A stretch of 64,000 nt of DNA, taken from assembly GCA_963666345.1 (NCBI GenBank), contig OY762721.1:2912001-2976000 (forward strand). Direction: 5' to 3'. Below the pieces are notes generated by a model that worked only from the letters and a program-made list of their open reading frames with translations, searched no databases and had not been told where the DNA came from. The position numbers and the translations under genes are program-made. The DNA is from Desulfatiglandales bacterium. GTDB lineage: Bacteria > Desulfobacterota > DSM-4660 > Desulfatiglandales > Desulfatiglandaceae. The first letter of the stretch is position 1; each line of letters starts with the position of its first letter. Of the stretch, positions 50,335-58,269 are shown piece by piece.

Positions 50335-52422
50335 GTGACGGGAGAGCAACCGGAAGGATGTCAAAGTTTGAACACAGAACCACACAAGGACTCACCTCTT
50401 TTCCTTCGCAACAGCCATTTGCGAATCCTTTTTTTCGGCGGCAAAGGCGGTGTCGGCAAGACAACGTGCGCTACGGCCACGGTGCTCAGACTGGCCAAGC
50501 GCACCGCGGAAGCCTCCTTTCTCTTAGTCTCGACAGATCCGGCCCATTCTCTGGCCGATAGCCTGGCCGACACCACCCTTCCTTGCAATTTAAACGTTAT
50601 CGAACTCGACGCAGGAAAATCCCTAACCGCTTTCAAGAAAAACCACACCCGGAAACTCAGGGAGATTGCATCCCGCGGAACTTTCTTTGACGGAGAAGAT
50701 ATCAATGAGATCCTGGACCTCTCCCTGCCGGGCATGGACGAGCTGATGGCCTTTCTCGAGATCGCGGGGTGGGTGGAAAATGAGACGTATGACTGCATTG
50801 TGGTGGATACCGCTCCAACGGGACACACTCTCAGACTGCTGGCCATGCCGGCGTTGATCAAAAGGTGGCTTGATGCGCTGGATGCGCTGTTAGCCAAGCA
50901 TCGTTATATGAAGAAGCTGTTCAGCGGTTCTTATCGGCCTGATGATCTGGATAAATTCCTGTCCGGGATGGCCGGTTCGGTCAAACAGATGGAGGCGCTG
51001 CTGCAGGATCCGGAACGATGCTGTTTTGTTCCCGTTATGCTTGCCGAAGCCTTGAGCGTCACAGAGACCTCGAGGCTGTTGGAGGGATTGAAACAATCAA
51101 AGATACCGGTCACCGATATCGTGGTGAACAGGCTTTACCCGGAAAGTATTTGTATGGTTTGTTCGGACCGGCACATCCGACAGATGGGAGAGCTCGGTCA
51201 ACTTGAAAAGAAAATATCCGCTTATTCCCTATGGGGAATTCAACAATACCCGGAAGAAATTCGCGGTCCGGCTCCTCTCGAGGTATTCTGGGATGGACTT
51301 GTTGCATTGAACAATCAACCCCGGTTGAATATTCTAAAGATTCAACGGGGCAAGCAATCAGCAATCCATGGCCCAGACCTGGCCGGCCCAGATCCTGCGG
51401 TCAAGGGAAGTACATGGAGAACCAACAGAAGTAAAAGCATGCTCAGAGCATGTCGCGCCAGGGCGGGCATCAATCGCCAATCAACAATCGCCAATCAACA
51501 ATCCAAACCGCCTGTTCCTGAAAAGAGGCTCCTGGTTTTTGCCGGAAAGGGGGGAGTTGGAAAGACCACCCTGGCCTGTGCCACGGCAGTCAGGATGGCC
51601 CGGACATTTCCGGATAAGGGGGTTTTTCTATTCTCTACGGATCCGGCCCATTCCCTGTCGGACTGTCTAAGGAAACGGATCGGACCGGAGCCGACAGAGC
51701 TTATTCCCGGACTGACAGCCATGGAGATCGACGCACAGGCAGAGTTCGATGGCTTGAAAAAAAAGTATGCGGCAGAACTGGAGAGGTTTCTTGTCGCCCT
51801 CTCGCCCGATCTTGATCTGACATTTGATCGCGAAGTGATGGAACGCGTCATGGATCTCTCTCCCCCCGGCCTGGATGAAGTGATGGCCCTCACCCTAGCC
51901 ATGGGTTTTCTCGCCGAGGATCAATACCAGGTCTTCGTGCTCGATTCGGCCCCGACTGGGCACCTGATCCGGCTTTTGGAAACCCCGGAGCTCATTCAGC
52001 AGTGGCTCAAGATGTTTTTCAACCTTTTTCTGAAGTATAAGCGCGTTTTTCGGCTTCCCGGGGTCTCGGAGCAAATGATCCGGATATCAAAAGATCTCAA
52101 ACGCCTGCTTGCCCTGTTAAAGGATTTCGACCGGTCGGCGCTATATGCGGTGACCATACTGACGGAGATGGCATTTCAGGAGACAGCGGACCTGGTGGCT
52201 GCCTGCCTGCGAATGGGGATAAATGTGCCGACGCTTTTTCTCAATCTTGCCACACCGGTCAGTGAGTGCCCTCTTTGCTCGGCCCTTTACCGGAACGAGG
52301 AGCAGATCAGAAAAAAGTTTGAGCGAACCTTTCCCGGAAAGTCCCAGGTCCTGGTCCATTACATGGGGGAAACGCGGGGCATGCAGCGAATCGAGGCGCT
52401 GGGAGATGAGATTTATGATTGA
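50335..52422 (+). CDS. ArsA/Get3-family ATPase with two nucleotide-binding domains
   Basis: Two sets of GKGGVGKTT, STDPAHSL, D(T/S)APTGH and CxxC. Confidence 0.9.
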   Translation: MTGEQPEGCQSLNTEPHKDSPLFLRNSHLRILFFGGKGGVGKTTCATATVLRLAKRTAEASFLLVSTDPAHSLADSLADTTLPCNLNVIELDAGKSLTAFKKNHTRKLREIASRGTFFDGEDINEILDLSLPGMDELMAFLEIAGWVENETYDCIVVDTAPTGHTLRLLAMPALIKRWLDALDALLAKHRYMKKLFSGSYRPDDLDKFLSGMAGSVKQMEALLQDPERCCFVPVMLAEALSVTETSRLLEGLKQSKIPVTDIVVNRLYPESICMVCSDRHIRQMGELGQLEKKISAYSLWGIQQYPEEIRGPAPLEVFWDGLVALNNQPRLNILKIQRGKQSAIHGPDLAGPDPAVKGSTWRTNRSKSMLRACRARAGINRQSTIANQQSKPPVPEKRLLVFAGKGGVGKTTLACATAVRMARTFPDKGVFLFSTDPAHSLSDCLRKRIGPEPTELIPGLTAMEIDAQAEFDGLKKKYAAELERFLVALSPDLDLTFDREVMERVMDLSPPGLDEVMALTLAMGFLAEDQYQVFVLDSAPTGHLIRLLETPELIQQWLKMFFNLFLKYKRVFRLPGVSEQMIRISKDLKRLLALLKDFDRSALYAVTILTEMAFQETADLVAACLRMGINVPTLFLNLATPVSECPLCSALYRNEEQIRKKFERTFPGKSQVLVHYMGETRGMQRIEALGDEIYD

Positions 52423-52441
52423 TGATTGGAGGAAATAAATT

Positions 52442-52705
52442 ATGGCTGATTTTTCCATCGAGGAAACGGAACATATCTCTCTTTGCGAGACCCTGGATCG
52501 CATTCTCAACAAAGGCGCCGTTATTTTCGGTGAAGTGGTGATTTCCGTTGCCAATGTGGATTTGATCTACATTGCCTTGCAGGTGCTGGTTGGTTCAGTC
52601 GAAACGGTGCGGGGGGAAATGCCGATAAGTGGTTCTAATCCTCCTCCCATAAGACTTGGGATCAGGGCAGACAATGTCGGCAAATTAGAGATTGGCGATT
52701 GTTGA
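52442..52705 (+). CDS. GvpA-family minor protein (GvpJ/GvpS-like)
   Basis: SLCETLDRILNKGAVIFGEVVISVANVDL. Confidence 0.85.
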   Translation: MADFSIEETEHISLCETLDRILNKGAVIFGEVVISVANVDLIYIALQVLVGSVETVRGEMPISGSNPPPIRLGIRADNVGKLEIGDC

Positions 52706-52788
52706 TTGGCGATTTACGATTGAATCCGGTTTTGAGTTTTTCAATCAACAATCCAGAAGTCATCAATCCAAAGGAGGACGTTGGTAAA

Positions 52789-53184
52789 ATGATCAATCAT
52801 CAATCATCAATCATCAATCATCAATCAAAAAAGGTTGAATCCGAAACCCTCAGCGATTTTGCCAGAGTCATGGGTAAGGACACCGTGCAGGCTCAATCGC
52901 ATTGCGAAGTGAACGACCGTCGCGCCCGGATCGAACTTGATCCGGAAAAGGCAAAAAACGGGCTCGGTCAACTGGTGCTCACCCTAATGAAAGTCATTCA
53001 CGAACTCCTGGAACTTCAGGCGATCCGTCGAATCGACGCGGGGTCACTCATGGATGAAGAGGTTGAAAACATCGGGATGACTTTGATGAAGCAGGCCGAG
53101 GAGATTGACAGGCTCAGAAAAGAGTTCAACCTGGAGGAGGATGATCTCAATATTGACTTGGGGCCACTGGGGAAACTCTTATAA
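52789..53184 (+). CDS. gvpK: Gas vesicle protein GvpK
   Basis: GLGQLVLTLMKVIHELLELQAIRR, DLNIDLGPLGKLL; AAGGAGG RBS before the ATG at 52789. Confidence 0.92.
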   Translation: MINHQSSIINHQSKKVESETLSDFARVMGKDTVQAQSHCEVNDRRARIELDPEKAKNGLGQLVLTLMKVIHELLELQAIRRIDAGSLMDEEVENIGMTLMKQAEEIDRLRKEFNLEEDDLNIDLGPLGKLL

Positions 53185-53217
53185 TTGTTGATTGACGATT
53201 GTTGATTGATGATTGAA
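53183..53217. repeat. Heptamer array, left arm of four-helix-bundle element 2
   Basis: AATTGTT GATTGAC GATTGTT GATTGAT GATTGAA. Confidence 0.8.
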
Positions 53218-53245
53218 AGAAACAAATCTTATTTAAGAGGAGGAT

Positions 53246-53626
53246 ATGGAGTTAGATCCTGAAGAATTGAAAAAAAGGACAAAAGATTTCGCTCATAGGT
53301 GTGTAAAGCTTGCTATTTCATTGCCACGAACCACACTGGGAAAGCACATTGAATCTCAGTTAATCAGGTGTTCGACATCTGTAGCATCAAATTATCGAGC
53401 CAGTATTCATGCCCAGTCAAAAGCTGCATTTATAGCGAAAATAAGTATTGTAATTGAAGAATCAGACGAATCTGAGCTTTGGTTGGAATTCGTGATGGAT
53501 GAAAAGCTAATGGAAAGAAAGAAGGTTTTGCCGCTTTTCAATGAAGCACATGAACTATCTTCCATTTTTATAACCACAAGAAGGACAGCTCAGAAAAAGA
53601 AAAAAATCAACAATCATAAATCATAA
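53246..53626 (+). CDS. Four helix bundle protein (23S rRNA IVS / bAvd-like family)
   Basis: LKKRTKDFA, QLIRCSTSVASNYR, SKAAFIAKISIVIEESDESELWLE. Confidence 0.92.
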   Translation: MELDPEELKKRTKDFAHRCVKLAISLPRTTLGKHIESQLIRCSTSVASNYRASIHAQSKAAFIAKISIVIEESDESELWLEFVMDEKLMERKKVLPLFNEAHELSSIFITTRRTAQKKKKINNHKS

Positions 53627-53638
53627 ATCAACAATCAA
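53604..53638. repeat. Heptamer array, right (inverted) arm of element 2
   Basis: AAATCAA CAATCAT AAATCAT AAATCAA CAATCAA. Confidence 0.8.
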
Positions 53639-53654
53639 AACCGGAGGTTTTCAT

Positions 53655-53984
53655 ATGGCCATTCAACGTGCAGCACAGCATTCCATCGCGAGCACCAACC
53701 TTGCCGATTTGCTCGAACGTATTTTGGACAAGGGGATCGTGATAGCGGGGGATATCAAGATCAGCCTGGTCGACGTCGAACTGCTGACCATCCAGCTTCG
53801 CCTGGTCATATGTTCCGTGGATAAGGCCAGGGAGATGGGCATGGACTGGTGGGTAAATAACCCCTGCTTCACCCGGGGGGCAAAAAATGATCAAGTCGTT
53901 GATTCCCTTGAAAGGATCGAGAAAAGACTCGAAAGACTGGAATCTTCCCCTTTGAAAGAATCCGGAAGTGATTCAGCACCTTAA
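53655..53984 (+). CDS. gvpJ: Gas vesicle protein GvpJ
   Basis: [52 protein letters not shown]. Confidence 0.9.
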   Translation: MAIQRAAQHSIASTNLADLLERILDKGIVIAGDIKISLVDVELLTIQLRLVICSVDKAREMGMDWWVNNPCFTRGAKNDQVVDSLERIEKRLERLESSPLKESGSDSAP

Positions 53985-54072
53985 GCCCGCGGTTTCCATT
54001 TGCGAAATTAAGCGTTGGATACATGGTTTTCGCCCGCAAGGGCAAAGCGACTGAAGACGAGGAGGTCGAATT

Positions 54073-54321
54073 ATGGGTCGGATTACTGACGTTTTGAATT
54101 ATCGACTGAAGAATAAAGGGTTTGAGCCAGTTGCGATCCCCAGGTTTATAAAGGATGTGGTCCATGCCGTTTCCGTTAATCACCAAATCGGACTGACGGA
54201 GATGAATAGACGATTGTGCCTGTTAGGCTGGGACCCCATCGAATTGGATCACCACACGCTGCAATTGATCATCGCGAGCAATGAAAAGGATTCGGTCCTC
54301 CCGGAGAGAATGTTGACTTAA
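54073..54321 (+). CDS. Hypothetical protein
   Basis: GGAGG RBS, 82-aa ORF. Confidence 0.6.
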   Translation: MGRITDVLNYRLKNKGFEPVAIPRFIKDVVHAVSVNHQIGLTEMNRRLCLLGWDPIELDHHTLQLIIASNEKDSVLPERMLT

Positions 54322-54362
54322 TATTGGTCCGGTATTCATTGTGATGAAGAAAAAGAGGTATT

Positions 54363-54500
54363 ATGGCGGCAGTCATCAAACACTATTTGAATCCTTTGCA
54401 TATCTATTGCCGGTTGAGGAACATAGGAATCCGAAAAACCATGGCAATATCACCCTGCCGTTGTTATGAGCGGGTCCTTTTCAAGCGTTTTTTAAAATAG
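54363..54500 (+). CDS. Small hypothetical protein (45 aa; below the ORF-track cutoff)
   Basis: AGAGG RBS; MAAVIKHYLNPLHIYCRLRNIG... Confidence 0.5.
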   Translation: MAAVIKHYLNPLHIYCRLRNIGIRKTMAISPCRCYERVLFKRFLK

Positions 54501-55255
54501 AAAAGGGGAGAGGAAGGGAAGATTTCCAGGTGATGTGAAGGCCGGATCCTTAAGAGGAAGATCAAGACGGAGATGACATATCCGAAAAGGGAGCTTGAAA
54601 AACAAAAAAGTATGGAAGGTGTGGCATAATTATCAACGCACCGGTACGGTATGGGTATTTTTGGACAAGAAAGGTATTAGGAATGGCTGAAAAACCTGCC
54701 TATGAAGAATTGAAGCAAAGGCTTAAGGAGTTAGAGAAAACAGCCCTTAGGTGCAAGCGGGCAGAGGAGGACGAAAAGGATAAGCTGCAGGCGCAGTTGG
54801 TAAACGCCTTGGAAATGGCCCATTTAGGCCGATGGGAATATGATGTCGCCAATGACCTCTTCACGTTCAATGACCATTTCTACAAAATATTTCGCACCAC
54901 AGCCAAGCAAATCGGCGGGTATACGATGTCATCGGCTGAATACGCCCGTCGCTTTGTCCATCCTGACAATATGACTGTTGTCGAAGAAGAAAATCGAAAG
55001 GCGATTGAAGCAACCGATCCCAACTTTAGCCGGCAACTGGAACACCGCATACTTTATGACGACGGTACCATAGGACATATTTCCGTTCGGTTTTTCATCG
55101 TCAAGGACGCCCAAGGCCTTACAGTCAGTACCTATGGAGTGAATCAGGATATCACAGACCGCAAGAGGATGGAGGAGGCGTTGCGGAAGAGCGAGGAACA
55201 CTACCGCAGCATTTTCGAGGATTCGAGAGATGCAGTCTATATTACCACTCGAGAT

Positions 55256-56531
55256 CAATACTGTCCGGTTAACAAATGTCTAATTTAAGCTGAGCTGAAC
55301 AGCTACCCTTATTTGAAATAGCAGGTGGCGGTTCAAATAGCTCCCTTAAGGAACAACTCCTAAAAAGATTGAGTTGCAGAATCCTAAGAAGATTCTGCAG
55401 GCTGACTTTAATGCGAAATAATAATTTCAGGTAACACAGTAGAAGATACGCGATTAATGCAACATAAATCTGTGAGAGGACCGCGTTTTTAGAATTGCCT
55501 ATGAAAGCCTTGATTTTAAGGTTCTGTTTGATCCAGCGGAAGAATATCTCTATTTTCCATCGCTCTTTGTAGATATCGGCAATTGTTTTTGCAGCCAGCT
55601 TGAAGTTATTGGTAATAAATACATAGTGATGTCCCGTTTGGGGGTCACGATAGCCTATCCTCCTTAATTGATAAGGGCACTGTTGTATTCCTTTTACACC
55701 GTTAAGCAAGATGGTCTGATCTGATGTCAAGCCCTGCTTTTTTTTAATCTCACGGCGTTCAGTGACCCTGTAAACGGCATTACGCTTTTGTCTTGTGACA
55801 AAAAACAGGTTGTTTTTCTCAAGGGATGCAAACCAGCTGTAATCGGTGTAAGCCCGATCAGCAACCACAATGGAGCCTTTGGGCAATCTAAGACATCGAG
55901 CGATCTCTATCTCATGTGTTTTAGCCTCTGAGATGGAGACAAAACTGGGTAGATAGCCATCATGATCCAACACGGTGTGCAGCTTAATGCCCGCCTTGGT
56001 CCTTCTGAAGGATGCCCAGGGAAATACACTGAGGCATAGATCGATCACAGAGGCATCCATACTGTAGAGTTTGTTTTTAAACTTAAATTTATGCTTAGGG
56101 GCGATACCGGAGCATTTACGATACATACGGTAAAATAAAGCCTCATAGAAAGAGGCTGGGCGGTTGTTGTTGGCATCGGAAAAGGTTGAGCGGGCAACGG
56201 GCGTGGCTCCCAGGTGATAAAGGCTGCTGGATCTGGCCTTTAAGCTTTGGATACCGTCTCTGAGGCTTACTCTGGAGGTCAGTTGCATAAACATCAGATG
56301 GACGAACTGATTCCATCGGCTAAAGGAGCGGGGTTTTCTGCCTGTGCCGTGCTGATTTTCAAGGGTTGAAAAAACATGTCTTGGTATAATTTTAAGCATA
56401 GAATTAAAAAGTGTGGTATGATGAGCCATAGTCCGGATTCTCCTTTCTGTTTAGTGTGTTATGGCTAACATCATTATAACAGATTACGCGGAGAGTTCGG
56501 ACTTTTTTTATCCCTTAACCGGACACTATTG
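55256..56531 (-). mobile_element. IS4-family insertion sequence with 9-bp TSD
   Basis: TIR CAATA(C/G)TGTCCGGTTAA (16/17); TSD ACTCGAGAT at 55247-55255 and 56532-56540. Confidence 0.95.
55269..56429 (-). CDS. IS4-family transposase
   Basis: DASVI, ADRAY, YKERWKIEIFFRWIKQ (YREK). Confidence 0.95.
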   Translation of the reverse strand: MAHHTTLFNSMLKIIPRHVFSTLENQHGTGRKPRSFSRWNQFVHLMFMQLTSRVSLRDGIQSLKARSSSLYHLGATPVARSTFSDANNNRPASFYEALFYRMYRKCSGIAPKHKFKFKNKLYSMDASVIDLCLSVFPWASFRRTKAGIKLHTVLDHDGYLPSFVSISEAKTHEIEIARCLRLPKGSIVVADRAYTDYSWFASLEKNNLFFVTRQKRNAVYRVTERREIKKKQGLTSDQTILLNGVKGIQQCPYQLRRIGYRDPQTGHHYVFITNNFKLAAKTIADIYKERWKIEIFFRWIKQNLKIKAFIGNSKNAVLSQIYVALIAYLLLCYLKLLFRIKVSLQNLLRILQLNLFRSCSLRELFEPPPAISNKGSCSAQLKLDIC

Positions 56532-58269
56532 ACTCGAGATGGTAAGTTTATTGACGCAAACCAATCTGCACTTGATCTCTTTGGCTATAGTAGAGAAGAG
56601 ATGGCATCGGTGAATGCCCTTCAACTATATATGCATCCTGTTGATGCAAGCAGGTTTCAGAAGGAGATAGAGGAAAAGGGATTTTTGAGCGACTATGAAG
56701 TAACGTTCCGTAAGAAAGATGGTACGGAGATAAACAGTTTGTTTAGTACGACTCTCCGACGAGCAAATGATGGAAGCATTCTGGCATACCAGGGCATTAT
56801 ACGTGATATGACTGAGCACAAGAAACTTGAAGCCCAGTTCATCCAGTCCCAGAAGCTGGAGGCCATAGGCAATCTGACAGGGGGGATTGCCCACGACTTC
56901 AACAATCTCTTGACCGCCATCATCGGAAATGCCGATCTGGCGATCGGAGATGCGGGGAAGGATTCGCCCCTCTATGAGTTATTAGAAGAGATCAGGGAGG
57001 CAGGGGCAAGGGCGGCAGGGCTCACCAGGCAGCTCCTGGCCTTCAGCCGGAAGCAGGCCCTTCAACCCGAAGTGGTGAACCTCAATGAGGCGCTGGGTAA
57101 TATGGACAGGATGCTGCGGCGTCTCATCCGGGAGGATATTGAAGTGGAAACCCTCTTGAGGCCTGATTTGGGACGGGTCGAGGCGGACGTCGGGCAGTTG
57201 GAGCAGATCCTCATGAACCTGGCGGTCAATGCCGGAGATGCCATGCCCGATGGAGGAAAGCTGACTGTTGAGACAGGTAACGTGGATCTGGATGAAGGTT
57301 ATGCCCGGAACCACATCGCCGTGATGCCGGGTCCTTATGTGATGTTAGCCGTGAGCGACACGGGCATCGGAATGACGAAGGAGGTACAGGATCGTCTCTT
57401 TGAGCCCTTTTTCACCACCAAGGAGAAGGGGAAAGGAACGGGTCTGGGGCTCTCCACCGTGTACGGGATCGTCAAGCAGAGTAAAGGCAACATCTGGGTC
57501 TACAGTGAGCCGGGCAAAGGGAGCACCTTCAAAATCTACCTCCCCAGGATAGAAGAGACGGTTTGTATCATTGGGAAAGCAGAGAAAAAGGGAGTATCCC
57601 TTCAGGGTTCGGAAACCATCCTGGTGGTTGAAGATGACGACATGGTCAGGAATTTGGCACTCAAGGCCCTGAAGCAGTACGGGTACAAGGTCCTGTGCGC
57701 CGGGGACGGTCAGGATGCCTTTCATGTGTGCCGGGAACACAAGGAACCGGTTCACTTGATGTTGACAGACGTGGTCATGCCGGGGATGGGCGGCATAGAA
57801 CTGGCGAAGAGTCTGGAAAAACTGCGGCCTGAGATAAAGGTCCTTTTCATGTCGGGCTACACTGACAGTGCTATCTCTCACCATGGGATTTTAGCGCCAC
57901 ATGTTAATTTTATTGAAAAACCTTTTTTACCGGAGACTCTTGCAGGCAAAGTGCGCAAAGTTCTTGATGCCGGTCGGAGCGGAGCGTAGATCCCGCTGAA
58001 AGCGGGGATGAGGCCAAAGCTACCGACCCATGATTAATTATCCTTATTTGTAAGTTTTTTAGGTTCTTGTTTTTATTCGATAAATGACGACTATCTTCGC
58101 TGCATCCTCTATCGAATACAGTATTCGATAGTTTCCGACACGAATGCGATAATCATCTTTTTCGGTGAGCTTTTTAGAAGATTGAGGTCTATGGTTGACG
58201 GGCAGAGCGAGATTTTTTTGTCGATCGCAATGCGATCTTTCGGGGGATTGGGAGAAGAGGGGGAAGAGA

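Larger units (their letters stand above)
54683..57989 (+). pseudogene. PAS hybrid histidine kinase interrupted by IS4
   Basis: Removing the IS and one TSD joins ...YITTRD to GKFIDAN... in frame, giving a 673-aa PAS-PAS-HK-REC protein. Confidence 0.9.

Noticed and set aside
50335..52422. Arsenic resistance operon
   Set aside because: No arsR, arsB/acr3, arsC or arsD nearby; the gene sits within the gvp operon.
41885..53638. CRISPR array or diversity-generating retroelement
   Set aside because: Units are 7 nt with no spacers and no cas genes. No reverse transcriptase or TR/VR pair was seen despite the bAvd-like proteins.
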